Shown piece by piece: positions 44,635-54,517 of a stretch of DNA of 64,000 nt. Positions within the stretch are counted from its first letter, which is position 1, and every line of letters starts with the position of its first letter. The DNA lies in NCBI GenBank assembly GCA_963811535.1, contig CAWERF010000008.1, forward strand, positions 35,703 to 99,702, read 5' to 3'. The notes under the pieces were generated by a model. That model had not been told where the DNA came from, made no database searches, and saw only the letters and a list, made by a program, of their open reading frames with translations. This DNA comes from an uncultured Actinomycetota bacterium (GTDB lineage: Bacteria; Actinomycetota; Actinomycetes; Mycobacteriales; Mycobacteriaceae). A program made the translations under genes and the position numbers.

Positions 44635-45057
44635 TCAGGTCGCCCACGGGCCAACGCCGCCGACCTTCTCGATCGTGATGTGAGTCAGGTATCCGGGCGG
44701 TGCGTCGGGCGGCGGGAAACCGGTGCCGGGGCCGAAGATATTCGTGGCGATCTCGTCGAGCACTTCGGGAGCGCCGCCCTCCTCGACGCGCGCCGTGCCC
44801 TTGATCGACAGATAGGGTGTCTGCGGCCCGCTACGGTCGGTGGACACGATGGTCACCGCCACGCGGGGATCACGCCGGATGTTGCGGATCTTCAGATGCT
44901 CCTGCAGATGAGCGGTGACCAGCTCATCACCGCCGTCGGCCGTACTCTGCACCGTCACCCAGACCACGCTGACTTGCGGGCTGCCGTCGCGATTGTTCGT
45001 GACCAGCGTTGCAGGGTCGGAACCGATGAATTGGCGCGCGGTGTCGTTGAGTTTCAT
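44635..45057 (-). CDS. PPOX-class (pyridoxamine 5'-phosphate oxidase-like) probable F420-dependent protein
   Basis: 140 aa. ATLVTNNRDGSPQVSVVWV...RNIRRDPRVAVTIV, typical of the split-barrel family. Confidence 0.8.
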   Translation of the reverse strand: MKLNDTARQFIGSDPATLVTNNRDGSPQVSVVWVTVQSTADGGDELVTAHLQEHLKIRNIRRDPRVAVTIVSTDRSGPQTPYLSIKGTARVEEGGAPEVLDEIATNIFGPGTGFPPPDAPPGYLTHITIEKVGGVGPWAT

Positions 45058-45145
45058 GACGGGATCGTATTCCTGCCCCCAGACAAATCTGCTGTTTGGG
45101 CATCCATGCGGTGGCGTGAACGTTGACGAAACCCAGGGGCTTTAT

Positions 45146-45493
45146 TCAGCGTTTCCAGTCGATCTGCACATAATCCGGGTTGAACTTCGCGCTGCCGGTC
45201 TTGCTGCCTTGCGGAATCGGCAGAATCGTGACAGTCACGAGTTCGTCAATGATCCGACCCTGCATCTCAGGTGAGCAAGCATCCCAGCGCGCCTGCACCT
45301 TGTCACGCTCGGCGATCAGCCCGGCCACCGGATCAGTGCGTGCTGCATCCGCCAACTGTGAGTCGATACCGGACAGCGTGACACGCAGATTGCTTGTGCC
45401 GCTGCGCAACTGGCTGGCGTCGATCGCACCTTCGGCGAACATGTCAGCCAACTGGTCGAGCCGTGCCTGATGCGCGTTGCGGTCAACCTGCAA
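45146..45493 (-). pseudogene. large serine recombinase, C-terminal fragment
   Basis: RLDQLADMFAEGAIDASQLRSGTSNLRVTLSGIDSQLADAA...RWDACSPEMQGRIIDELVTVTILP resembles the coiled-coil and C-terminal region of phage-type serine integrases. No resolvase catalytic domain lies upstream. Confidence 0.55.
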
Positions 45494-45539
45494 CGCCGGA
45501 ATGTCAATACGCTTGTGTCGAAGGGCTCGAACGCCTCCC

Positions 45540-47106
45540 CCGCATCACTCGAACACATGTTTGAATTCTATCGCGGCGGACCGACACGTCGCGCCGGTTA
45601 TCCAGCGGCTAGACGTCCCAGGTTCGGAAGTGTCAAGCCGCGGCCGGCATGCGGTGGGCCCAGGCGGTGTGTTCGTTGTAGAGCGTGTGGTGGCGTAGGC
45701 AGCCGTGCAAGATGCCCACGAAACGGTTGCCGAGCGCGCGGAGGGCTTGGTGGTGAGTGTCGCCGGCGGTGCGGTGCTGGTCGTAGAAAGCGCGGGCGCC
45801 CGGACTGGCTGACAGGGCGCAGAAGGCCCATTGGTCGATGGCGTCATACAAGCGGTGGTTGCGCACGTGGCGGGCCAGTACGGCGCGCTTCTTGCCGGAG
45901 GCCACGGTCAGTGGTGAGGTTCCGGCGTAGTTTCTGCGAGACTTGGCGTCGGTGTATCTGTTCGGGTCGTCCCCGAACTCACCGAGCACCCGGGCGCCGA
46001 GTGTGACACCAAGTCCTGGCAGGGAACGGTAGATGCCGGCGTCCGGGTGTGTCTCAAAATGGCTGGCCAGCGTGGTTTCGAGCTCGGCGATCTGGCGGTT
46101 GAGTTCGGCGATGATACCGACCGTGGCGCGGGTGGTGGCCGCGAACGCGGCGGTCACCGGGGCCGGGGCGGCCAGCTGCTCGGTGCGCAGCGCGGCGGCG
46201 ATCTCGCGGGCGCGGGCGGCGATGTTGCGTTGGCGCCCGCCGCGTTTGAGCGCCGACTGGATCGCGGTCAGGGGCAGCCGAGCCCCCTGGACGGGGCTAG
46301 GGGCACGATCGAGCACGCCCAGCGCGTCGCCGTGGGCCAGGTCGTCGAAGGCTTCCAGCGCGGCGGGGTAGTACTCGCGCAGCGCGCTGCGTAGGACGTT
46401 GGTGTGGCGCGTGCGGGTCCAGACCAGGCTCTGATGGGCGCGGGCGAGCACCTTGATCGCCTCGGCATCAGCGCTGTCGCCGGCGACGGGGCGATGGTTG
46501 TGCCGGTCGGTGCGCACCAGATCGGCCAGCAGTTTGGCATCGGAGGCATCGGATTTCGCGCCCGAGAGGTGATGGCGGTCGCGGTAGCGGGCCACCGCCA
46601 ATGGGTTGATGGCATACACCTGATAGCCGGCCGCGGTCAGCGCCCCCACCCACAGTCCACGATCGGTTTCGATGCCGACCAGCACCTGATCGGGTTCCTC
46701 AGCGTGCACCGCGATCAGCTCGTGCAGCTGGCGGATACCGGTCAGCCCCTCCGGCAGGCGCCGCGACCCCAGCCGCTCACCGGACTCATCCATCAGATAC
46801 ACATCGTGATGCTGTTCAGCCCAGTCATCACCGACAAAGATCATCAATCACTGCCCTCCTCGATACGGCTATCGATCAACCTGTTTTGAGCCCGAGGACA
46901 CCGGCGACGAGCTAATGGATCAGTGCTCGACCGGCACGACATCCCATCAGTGCTACAGGCGACCTCACCAACCGGCCGGGGCACAATCTAGCCGTAGGAA
47001 TCGACATGCACTCCGGCTCACTACAGTGCTCACCGACCGGCGGCTCGGTAATCAGCCTCCCTCGACAGGGACCAAATCCCGTCAACGGCACGCTGATCGA
47101 TTCCCA
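45540..47106 (-). mobile_element. IS110-family insertion sequence, copy A (ends approximate)
   Basis: Intact transposase gene with a 259-nt non-coding leader (46848..47106) and at most ~90 nt of 3' non-coding sequence. Flanked by the recombinase stub and the rsgA stop. No terminal inverted repeats seen, as is usual for IS110. Confidence 0.75.
45633..46847 (-). CDS. IS110-family DEDD transposase/recombinase
   Basis: 404 aa. N-terminal RuvC-like DEDD domain (IFVGDDWAEQHH, VGIETDRG, AKSDASDAKLLA). C-terminal Tnp domain (LPGLGVTLGARVLGEFGD..., YAGTSPLTVASGKK). GGAGGG RBS before the ATG at 46844. Confidence 0.92.
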   Translation of the reverse strand: MMIFVGDDWAEQHHDVYLMDESGERLGSRRLPEGLTGIRQLHELIAVHAEEPDQVLVGIETDRGLWVGALTAAGYQVYAINPLAVARYRDRHHLSGAKSDASDAKLLADLVRTDRHNHRPVAGDSADAEAIKVLARAHQSLVWTRTRHTNVLRSALREYYPAALEAFDDLAHGDALGVLDRAPSPVQGARLPLTAIQSALKRGGRQRNIAARAREIAAALRTEQLAAPAPVTAAFAATTRATVGIIAELNRQIAELETTLASHFETHPDAGIYRSLPGLGVTLGARVLGEFGDDPNRYTDAKSRRNYAGTSPLTVASGKKRAVLARHVRNHRLYDAIDQWAFCALSASPGARAFYDQHRTAGDTHHQALRALGNRFVGILHGCLRHHTLYNEHTAWAHRMPAAA

Positions 47107-48120
47107 TTAGCTCTCGGTCAGCACACGCAGCAGCCGTCGGGCCGCGGTGACGCGGCGCGCGGCAGCGCCGGTCAGTGTGTCGAGAGCGCACTCCGGGTCG
47201 GCCGGTGGTCCCAGGTGCCCGCAGCCGCGCGGGCAGTCTTTGATCGTCTCGGCGAGGTCGGAGAACGCCAGCAGCACGTCATCGGGCTCGATGTGGGCGA
47301 GCCCGAACGACCTGATGCCCGGTGTGTCGATCACCCAGCCACCTGATGAGCGCTCGCGCGAAGGGCAGACATCGCGGTCCTGCAGCGGCAGCGCCACCGA
47401 CTGCGTAGAGGTGTGCCGTCCCTTCCCGATGTCGGTCACCTCGCCGACCGCTCGATCTGCCTCTGGCACAAGGCGATTCACCAGAGTGGACTTGCCGACC
47501 CCGGAATGCCCGAGCAGCACCGTGACCTTTCCGGCCAGCAGCGGCGCCACCGCGTCGAGCGGGTCGTCGAGGCCGGCGGGCGTGATTGTCAGGTCCAGGT
47601 CGGCGAACTGCTCGGCGAACGGCTCCGGCGGCGCGAGGTCCGTCTTGGTCAGGCACAGGATCGGCGTCAGGCCGCCGGCATAGGCGGCGATCAGCGCCCG
47701 GTCGACGAGGCCGGTGCGAGGCGGCGGATCGGCCAACGCGACGACGATGAGCAACTGGTCGGCGTTTGCCACGACGACCCGCTCCGTCGGGTCGGTGTCG
47801 TCGGCGGTGCGGCGCAGCACCGTGCGTCGCGGTCCGCGGCGCACGATGCGGGCCAGTGTGTCGGAGTGCCCGGACAGGTCACCCACGACGTCGACGTCGT
47901 CGCCCACGACGATCGGCGTGCGGCCCAACTCGCGGGCCCGCATCGCGGTCACCCGGCGCTCCGGGTCGCCGTCGAGCACGCAGCCCCACCGGCCGCGGTC
48001 GACGCTCACCACCATCCCCTGACGGGCATCGGCATGCTCGGGGCGGGTCTTGGTCCTCGGCCGCGAGCCTCGGCCGGAGCGCACCCGGACGTCGGACTCG
48101 TCGTAGTCGCCGGGCCTCAA
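47107..48120 (-). CDS. rsgA: ribosome small-subunit-dependent GTPase A
   Basis: Circularly permuted GTPase motifs LTKTDL and [12 protein letters not shown], and a C-terminal Zn-finger Cys/His cluster. The ORF 47107..48156 was trimmed to the TTG at 48120, which overlaps the aroA stop (TTGA). The GTG at 48156 is also possible. Confidence 0.85.
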   Translation of the reverse strand: MRPGDYDESDVRVRSGRGSRPRTKTRPEHADARQGMVVSVDRGRWGCVLDGDPERRVTAMRARELGRTPIVVGDDVDVVGDLSGHSDTLARIVRRGPRRTVLRRTADDTDPTERVVVANADQLLIVVALADPPPRTGLVDRALIAAYAGGLTPILCLTKTDLAPPEPFAEQFADLDLTITPAGLDDPLDAVAPLLAGKVTVLLGHSGVGKSTLVNRLVPEADRAVGEVTDIGKGRHTSTQSVALPLQDRDVCPSRERSSGGWVIDTPGIRSFGLAHIEPDDVLLAFSDLAETIKDCPRGCGHLGPPADPECALDTLTGAAARRVTAARRLLRVLTES

Positions 48121-49415
48121 GGGCAGAGGCTCTCGCCGGACAGCATCTGTGCCCACAGCTGCGGGAATTGCGGCAGCGTCTTGGAGGTGGTGGCGATGTC
48201 GTCGACGGTGACTTCCGGAACGCGCAATCCGACGATCGCCCCGGCCATCGCCATCCGATGGTCGGCGTAGCTGTGCCAGGTTCCCGCGTGCAGCGGCTCG
48301 GCGGTGATCACCAGTGAATCGGGTGTCTGCTCGCAGCGCCCGCCGAGCGCGTTGATCTCGGCGCTCAACGCCGCGAGCCGGTCTGTCTCGTGGCCGCGCA
48401 GGTGCGCGATGCCCGTCAGGCGAGACACCGAGCCGGGGCTGGCCAGCGCGGCGATCGCCGCCACCGCGGGCGTCAGCTCACCTACGGCGCGCAAGTCGAC
48501 GTCGATCCCGCCGTAAACCGCTGAGCCCTGCACTTCGAGGTATGTATCGCTCTGGCGCACAACGCAACCCAGCCATCGCAGGATGTCGAGGATGTGGCCG
48601 GCGGGCTGCACGCTGGCCTGCGGCCAACCCTCGATGCGGACGATCCCGCCAGTCACCACGGCCGCGGCGAGAAACGGCACCGCGTTGGACAGGTCGGGCT
48701 CGATGACCCAGTGCCGGGCGGCCACCGAGCCCGGCGCCACCCGCCAACGGTTGGGCGCGGTGTCGTGGACCTCGACACCGGCGTCGCGCAGCATCGCAAC
48801 GGTCATCGCGATGTGCGGTGCCGACGGCAGCGTGGAGCCGGTGTGCTCGACGGTCAGCCCGCCCTCGAACGCTGCCCCGGACAGCAGCAAGCCCGACACG
48901 AACTGCGACGAGCCAGAAGCGTCGATCGCGACGGTCCCGCCTGCCACCGAGCCGCAGCCGCGCACGACGAACGGCAAACCGGCGCCGTCGATCTGGACGC
49001 CCAGCGTTCGCAGCGCATCCAGCAGCGGCGTGATCGGCCGGGCACGTGCCTCCTTGTCGCCGTCGAACGTGACCGCCGCGGTCGAGAGCGCCGCCAGCGG
49101 CGGCACGAACCTCAGCACCGTGCCGGCCAGACCGCAGTCGACGTGCGCGTCGTCGCCCGGTTGGAGCGGGCCGCTGACCGTCAGCTCGTGTTCCGGGCCG
49201 TCCACGGCGATCCCGAGCGCGCGCAGCGCGCCGATCATCAGGTCGGTGTCGCGGCTGCGCAGCGCCCCGCTGATCGTCGACGTGCCGTTGGCCTGCGCGG
49301 CACCCAGCGCGGCGAGCACCAGCGCCCTGTTGGTCTGCGACTTCGAGCCGGGAACGGTCACCGTGGCGTGGACGGGCGTCGGCGTCGTCGGTGCCGCCCA
49401 CAGGTCGGTGCTCAC
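48117..49415 (-). CDS. aroA: 3-phosphoshikimate 1-carboxyvinyltransferase (EPSP synthase)
   Basis: The ORF 48117..49466 was trimmed to the GTG at 49415. [28 protein letters not shown] and [11 protein letters not shown] motifs. Confidence 0.95.
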   Translation of the reverse strand: MSTDLWAAPTTPTPVHATVTVPGSKSQTNRALVLAALGAAQANGTSTISGALRSRDTDLMIGALRALGIAVDGPEHELTVSGPLQPGDDAHVDCGLAGTVLRFVPPLAALSTAAVTFDGDKEARARPITPLLDALRTLGVQIDGAGLPFVVRGCGSVAGGTVAIDASGSSQFVSGLLLSGAAFEGGLTVEHTGSTLPSAPHIAMTVAMLRDAGVEVHDTAPNRWRVAPGSVAARHWVIEPDLSNAVPFLAAAVVTGGIVRIEGWPQASVQPAGHILDILRWLGCVVRQSDTYLEVQGSAVYGGIDVDLRAVGELTPAVAAIAALASPGSVSRLTGIAHLRGHETDRLAALSAEINALGGRCEQTPDSLVITAEPLHAGTWHSYADHRMAMAGAIVGLRVPEVTVDDIATTSKTLPQFPQLWAQMLSGESLCP

Positions 49416-49468
49416 CCCACCATGATGGCGTGTCGCCCATCCCCGGGGTGGTAACGTCATTCTCAAAT

Positions 49469-50389
49469 ATGCACTACGCGTTCACATACCCGATCCTGAG
49501 CCACCCCTGCCATCCCGACCTCATCTCCGGCGCAGCGGTGGCTGTCGTCGCCGAGGCGGCGGAGGCGGCCGGCTTCCACGGGTTCGGATTCACCGATCAC
49601 CCCGCCCCGACGGACCGGTGGCTCAACGCCGGCGGCCACGACGCCCTCGATCCCTTCGTTGCGATGGCGTTCGCCGCGGCTCGGACGACAAGGCTTCGGC
49701 TCATTCCGAACATCGTTGTGCTGCCGTACCGCAACCCGTTCGTGGTGGCGAAGGCGGGGGCGACGCTGGACCTGCTCTCGGGCGGTCGATTCACGCTGGC
49801 GGTTGGGGCCGGCTACCTCAAGCGCGAATTCGCCGCACTCGGGGTCGACTACGACCAACGCAACGCGCTGTTCGACGAAGGCCTCGACGCGATCAAGGCG
49901 ATCTGGACCGACGACGACATCACCTTCGAGGCCCGGCACTTCACCGCACGCGGCATCACCGCCCATCCGCGGCCGGTGACCCGGCCGCACCCGCCGATAT
50001 GGATCGGGGGCAACACCGGGACCGCCCGCCAGCGGGTCGTCACACGTGGCGACGGCTGGTGTCCGTTCCCGGCGCCGTCGGGTCTCGCGAACACCGCGGG
50101 CACCGCGGCCATCGACACGATCGACAAACTCCGGGACGGCGTCGACGACCTGCGCCGCCGGTTCGACGCGGCCGGCCGGGACTGGTCGGGAATCGACGTC
50201 ACGTTCAGCAATTTCGCCGGCGGCAACCCGGGCAACGAGGACTTCAACGCCGACGCGTATCTGACCGGCCTGGACAAACTAGCGGCGATCGGAGTGACCT
50301 GGGTGCAGGTGGGGATGCCGGGGGACAGCGTGACGCACGTCCTCGAGGCGATCGCCCGGTTCGGCTCGCTGGTGATCGACGCGGCCTGA
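49469..50389 (+). CDS. LLM-class (luciferase-like) F420-dependent oxidoreductase
   Basis: The ORF 49391..50389 was trimmed to the ATG at 49469 ([10 protein letters not shown]). [19 protein letters not shown] and PPIWIGGNT are typical of the TIM-barrel LLM family. Confidence 0.8.
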   Translation: MHYAFTYPILSHPCHPDLISGAAVAVVAEAAEAAGFHGFGFTDHPAPTDRWLNAGGHDALDPFVAMAFAAARTTRLRLIPNIVVLPYRNPFVVAKAGATLDLLSGGRFTLAVGAGYLKREFAALGVDYDQRNALFDEGLDAIKAIWTDDDITFEARHFTARGITAHPRPVTRPHPPIWIGGNTGTARQRVVTRGDGWCPFPAPSGLANTAGTAAIDTIDKLRDGVDDLRRRFDAAGRDWSGIDVTFSNFAGGNPGNEDFNADAYLTGLDKLAAIGVTWVQVGMPGDSVTHVLEAIARFGSLVIDAA

Positions 50390-50412
50390 CCCGAGGAGTC
50401 GAGGAGGCGCCG

Positions 50413-51228
50413 ATGGTATTGCAGCGTGACGCCGCATCGCTGGACGGGCGCGTGGCCGTCGTCACGGGCGGCGGGTCCGGCATCGGGCGCGGCATCGCGG
50501 CGGCCCTCGCCGAGTTCGGCGCCCGCGTCGCGGTGTGGGAAAAAGACAAGGCCACCGCCGAGTCGGCGGCGGCCGAGATCGGGGGCCTAGCCTGTGTCAC
50601 CGACGTCCGCGACGTCGACCAGGTCGACACCGCGGTGGCCGCCACCGTCGAAACACTGGGTGTACCAACGATTCTCGTGAACAATGCCGGCGGGGTGTTC
50701 TGGTCCGGACTGCTCGACACGGCGCCCAAGGGCTGGGACGCGTTGATCCGGACCAACCTCACGCATGTGCTGCTGTGCACCCAGCGCGTGGCCCGCGCCA
50801 TGGTCGGCGGGCAACTGGGCGGCAGCGTCATCAACATCAGCACGATCGAGGGAACCAGGGCCGCGCCCGGGTACGGCGCCTACGCGGCGGCCAAAGCCGG
50901 CGTCATCAACTTCACCAAGACCGCGGCGCTGGAACTGGCCCCGCACGGCATCCGGGTCAACGGGCTCGCTCCCGATCTGACCGTCACGGAGGGCATTCGC
51001 ACCATGGCCAACCCGGGGTTCGAGCAGCAGGCGGCGCACATGATTCCGATGGGCCGCGTCGGGCACGTCGACGAGATGGCCGGTGCCGCGGTGTTCCTGG
51101 CATCCGATCTCAGTTCCTACGTGACCGGGCAGACACTGCACGTCGACGGCGGCACCGCGGCCGCGGGCGGCTGGTACCACCACCCCGATGACGGCCACTA
51201 CGTCCTTGGCGCGGGCGGCCTGTCCTAA
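50413..51228 (+). CDS. short-chain dehydrogenase/reductase
   Basis: In the frame of ORF 49618..51228, starting at the ATG at 50413 after a GAGGAGG RBS. TGGGSGIGRG cofactor motif, NNAG, and the catalytic YxxxK (YAAAKAG). Confidence 0.85.
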   Translation: MVLQRDAASLDGRVAVVTGGGSGIGRGIAAALAEFGARVAVWEKDKATAESAAAEIGGLACVTDVRDVDQVDTAVAATVETLGVPTILVNNAGGVFWSGLLDTAPKGWDALIRTNLTHVLLCTQRVARAMVGGQLGGSVINISTIEGTRAAPGYGAYAAAKAGVINFTKTAALELAPHGIRVNGLAPDLTVTEGIRTMANPGFEQQAAHMIPMGRVGHVDEMAGAAVFLASDLSSYVTGQTLHVDGGTAAAGGWYHHPDDGHYVLGAGGLS

Positions 51229-51248
51229 CACTCTGCCACGATGGAGGC

Positions 51249-52013
51249 ATGTGCGGGCGATTCGCGGTTACCACCGACCCGGCCCTCCTGGCGCAGAAGA
51301 TTCAGGCCATCGACGAGGCGACGTCGGCTCAGAAGGATGCCGCCGCGCCGAACTACAACGTGGCGCCCACCGCCAATATCGCGGCCGTCGTCAGCAGGCA
51401 CAGTGACCCGGACGACGAGCCCACCCGGCGGCTGCGGTTGATGCGGTGGGGATTGGTGCCACCGTGGGCCAAGGCCGGGCCCGACGGGGCGCCGGAGGGC
51501 AAGGGCCCGCTGCTGATCAACGCCCGCGCCGACAAGGTCACCAGCTCGCCGGCGTTCCGGTCGTCGGCCAAGTCCAAGCGATGCCTGGTGCCGATGACCG
51601 GCTGGTACGAGTGGCGGCCCAACCCCGACACACCGGCGGGCAAGAAGGCGCGCAAGACGCCGTTCTTCATGACCCCCGGCGACGACGACCTGATCTGCAT
51701 GGCGGGGTTGTGGTCGGTGTGGAAGCCGGACAAGGAAGCCGCTCCGCTGCTGAGTTGCACGATCATCACCACCGATGCGGTCGGTCCACTCGCCGGGATC
51801 CATGACCGGATGCCGCTGATGGTCGACGAGCGGGACTGGGACCACTGGCTCGACCCCGACAGCCCGCTCGACCCCGAGCTGCTGACCGTACGAGCCGACT
51901 TGTCGCACTTGGAAATTCGCGAGGTGTCCACGCTCGTCAACAACGTCCGCAACAACGGACCCGAGCTGATCGAGCCCGCCGAGCCACCGGGCAGGCAGGC
52001 GACGCTGCTCTAA
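51249..52013 (+). CDS. SOS-response-associated peptidase (SRAP/YedK-type abasic-site sensor), Rv3226c-like
   Basis: 254 aa. N-terminal MCGRF with the catalytic Cys2. NYNVAPT, RWGLVPPWAK and GWYEW motifs. Confidence 0.88.
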   Translation: MCGRFAVTTDPALLAQKIQAIDEATSAQKDAAAPNYNVAPTANIAAVVSRHSDPDDEPTRRLRLMRWGLVPPWAKAGPDGAPEGKGPLLINARADKVTSSPAFRSSAKSKRCLVPMTGWYEWRPNPDTPAGKKARKTPFFMTPGDDDLICMAGLWSVWKPDKEAAPLLSCTIITTDAVGPLAGIHDRMPLMVDERDWDHWLDPDSPLDPELLTVRADLSHLEIREVSTLVNNVRNNGPELIEPAEPPGRQATLL

Positions 52014-52017
52014 CGCC

Positions 52018-52878
52018 CTAGCCGGATGTGCCCGGCTGCTGATAGCCGGGCGGATTGGGACTTTCCACCCACAGATCCACGCCGAGTTCGCCGCCGGGAA
52101 CGCAGTCGTAGACCGACAGGTCGGTCACCCCGGACTCGACGAGCACGTCCTCGCACAGCAGGCTGTTGCCGGTGTAGACGTTCGCGGGCTTGGTGAGAAC
52201 GGCATATGCGGCGTCGGCGTACACCTCGGGTTTGCGGGCCCGCGCCATCGCCTCCTCGCCGCCCAACAGGTTCTGCACCGCCGCGGTGGCCACCAGCGTG
52301 CGGGGCCACAGCGTGTTGGACGCGATGCCCTGGCTGCGCAGTTCTTCGGCCAGGGCGAGGCCACACAGCGTCATCCCGTACTTGGCCATCATGTACGCGG
52401 TCGGCTTGAGCCACTTCTTCTCGAGGCTGATGGGCGGCGACAGCGTCAGGATGTGCGGGTTCTCCCGGCCGACCATGTGCGGGACGCACGCCTGCGACAC
52501 CGCGTACGTCCCGCGCACGTTGATGCCGTTCATCAGATCGAAGCGCTTCAACGGCACCTCGGTGATCGACCCGAGGTTGATCGCCGACGCATTGTTGACG
52601 CAGATGTCGATGCCGCCGAACTGCGCCACCGCCTTGGCGACGGCGGCCACCACCAAGTCGCCGTCGCGGATGTCGCCGATGATCGGCAGCGCCTGGCCGC
52701 CCGCGTCCTCGATCTCCTTCGCCGCCGTGTAGATGGTGCCTGGCAGCTTCGGGTTCGGTTCGGCGGTCTTGGCGATCAGCGCGATGTTGGCGCCGTCCTG
52801 TGCCGCGCGTTTGGCGATCGCGAGGCCGATGCCGCGGCTGGCCCCGGAGATGAACATGGTCTTGCCGGAAAGGGACAT
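52018..52878 (-). CDS. short-chain dehydrogenase/reductase (Rv3224-like)
   Basis: 286 aa. ISGASRGIGLA, NNASA, and YMMAKYG (YxxxK). Confidence 0.85.
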   Translation of the reverse strand: MSLSGKTMFISGASRGIGLAIAKRAAQDGANIALIAKTAEPNPKLPGTIYTAAKEIEDAGGQALPIIGDIRDGDLVVAAVAKAVAQFGGIDICVNNASAINLGSITEVPLKRFDLMNGINVRGTYAVSQACVPHMVGRENPHILTLSPPISLEKKWLKPTAYMMAKYGMTLCGLALAEELRSQGIASNTLWPRTLVATAAVQNLLGGEEAMARARKPEVYADAAYAVLTKPANVYTGNSLLCEDVLVESGVTDLSVYDCVPGGELGVDLWVESPNPPGYQQPGTSG

Positions 52879-53160
52879 TGCGCCACCTTATAAAGGGGGA
52901 GCGGTGAGGCTCGTCAAAAAAGGAGGATTGTTCGGGGGCCGACTTCCGCGCGGCCGGCCGGCGGCTGCCGTTCGTGCGGTTCGCGCCGCGCACGACCCAG
53001 GGAACAAGTAGCCCCTGACCCGGTGTTATTGGGTGCAGTCAAGCGGAGTCGGTCCGCGGTTCTACGATTGGTCGAGGGGAGTCTGGTGTTGACGGCGTGC
53101 CTCGAACGCCCGGTGCGGGTGCATTGGTGGTTTGATGACTCCGTCAGGGAAGGGACCGTG

Positions 53161-53820
53161 ATGACCGACGCCGAAGGTGCGGCTGACGCATCGCCGGACG
53201 GTGGCGGGCCGCCGGATAGGGCGGCACAAGAGACCGACGCCGAGCTGACCGCGCGCTTCGAACGCGACGCGATCCCGCTGCTCGACCAGCTGTACGGCGG
53301 TGCGCTGCGGATGACGCGAAACCCGGCCGATGCCGAGGATTTGCTTCAGGAGACGATGGTGAAGGCGTACGCCGGCTTTCGGTCCTTCAAGGAGGGCACG
53401 AATCTCAAGGCCTGGTTGTACCGCATCCTGACGAATACCTACATCAACAGCTACCGCAAGCGGCAGCGTCAGCCCGCGGAATACCCGACCGAGGAAATCA
53501 CCGACTGGCAGCTGGCGTCCAACGCCGAGCACTCGTCGACGGGGCTGCGCTCAGCCGAGGTGGAGGCGCTGGAAGCGCTGCCCGACACCGAGATCAAAGA
53601 GGCCCTTCAGGCGCTGCCGGAAGAGTTCCGGATGGCGGTGTATTACGCCGACGTCGAAGGGTTTCCCTACAAAGAAATCGCCGAAATCATGGATACCCCG
53701 ATCGGCACCGTGATGTCGCGGTTGCACCGCGGTAGGCGGCAGTTGCGAGAACTGCTGGGCAACGTGGCGAAGGAACGCGGTTTCACGCGTGGGCACGCCG
53801 CACAGGAGGTGTCATCGTGA
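53161..53820 (+). CDS. sigH: ECF sigma factor SigH
   Basis: The ORF 53023..53820 was trimmed to the ATG at 53161. From [43 protein letters not shown] onward it is almost identical to my recollection of M. tuberculosis SigH. Confidence 0.95.
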   Translation: MTDAEGAADASPDGGGPPDRAAQETDAELTARFERDAIPLLDQLYGGALRMTRNPADAEDLLQETMVKAYAGFRSFKEGTNLKAWLYRILTNTYINSYRKRQRQPAEYPTEEITDWQLASNAEHSSTGLRSAEVEALEALPDTEIKEALQALPEEFRMAVYYADVEGFPYKEIAEIMDTPIGTVMSRLHRGRRQLRELLGNVAKERGFTRGHAAQEVSS

Positions 53821-54119
53821 GCGAGGACGAGTTTCGTCCGCCTGTCGGCCCGGTCGACCCCGAGCATCCCGATTGCGCGGCGGTAATGGCCGAGGTATGG
53901 ACGCTGCTCGACGGCGAGTGCACACCCGAGACACGGGACAAGCTGCGTCACCATCTCGAGGAGTGCCCCGGGTGCCTGCGCCAGTACGGCGTCGAGGAGC
54001 GGATCAAGCACTTGATCGCGCGCAAGTGTGGTGGCGAGAAAGCGCCGGAGGGACTCCGGCGGCGGCTGATGGTTGAGATCAGCCGCACCACGATCTTTCG
54101 GGGCGGGTTCTCGTCCTAG
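53817..54119 (+). CDS. rshA: anti-sigma factor RshA (ZAS family)
   Basis: 100 aa. GTG overlaps the sigH stop. HxxxCxxC zinc motif HHLEECPGC plus an upstream Cys (DCAAVM). Confidence 0.9.
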   Translation: MSEDEFRPPVGPVDPEHPDCAAVMAEVWTLLDGECTPETRDKLRHHLEECPGCLRQYGVEERIKHLIARKCGGEKAPEGLRRRLMVEISRTTIFRGGFSS

Positions 54120-54125
54120 CCGTGC

Positions 54126-54200
54126 CTAGCTGTTGGGACGCTTCCCGTGATTGGCCTTGTTGTGCTTGCGGTCGCGCTTCTTCCGGCCCCTTTTGGCCAT
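54126..54200 (-). CDS. 24-aa lysine/arginine-rich micro-protein, which I recognise as mycobacterial 50S ribosomal protein bL37
   Basis: Too short for the ORF track. The reverse complement reads ATG GCC AAA AGG GGC CGG AAG AAG CGC GAC CGC AAG CAC AAC AAG GCC AAT CAC GGG AAG CGT CCC AAC AGC TAG = MAKRGRKKRDRKHNKANHGKRPNS*. It lies 6 nt from the convergent rshA stop. Confidence 0.6.
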   Translation of the reverse strand: MAKRGRKKRDRKHNKANHGKRPNS

Positions 54201-54294
54201 TGCTGATACTCCCTCGATCGTCTGTAGTCAGTGTCTCATGTCCCTTTATGGTTCGATGGAGCGGCAAGTAGGGCAGCAGATGAGCGGGGTGAGG

Positions 54295-54510
54295 ATGGCC
54301 GAGGACGTTCGCGCGGAAATCGTGGCCAGTGTGCTCGAGGTTGTGGTCAACGAGGGCGATCAGGTCGGTGAAGGGGACACCCTGGTACTGCTGGAGTCGA
54401 TGAAGATGGAAATCCCGGTGCACGCCGAGGTGGCCGGCACCGTGACCGAGGTCAAAGTCTCGGTGGGTGACGTGATCCGGGCCGGTGACCTGATCGCGGT
54501 GATCTCCTAG
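54295..54510 (+). CDS. biotin/lipoyl attachment domain protein (TB7.3, Rv3221c-like)
   Basis: The ORF 54151..54510 was trimmed to the ATG at 54295. 71 aa with the biotinyl-Lys motif LESMKMEIPV. Confidence 0.8.
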   Translation: MAEDVRAEIVASVLEVVVNEGDQVGEGDTLVLLESMKMEIPVHAEVAGTVTEVKVSVGDVIRAGDLIAVIS

Positions 54511-54517
54511 CTGATGC

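Noticed and set aside
52999-53027. Possible SigH-type autoregulatory promoter GGGAAC ... GTT upstream of sigH.
   Set aside because: The gap between GGAAC and GTT is 19 nt, longer than the spacing I remember for SigH/SigE promoters, and I cannot verify it without a TSS. Not reported as a feature.
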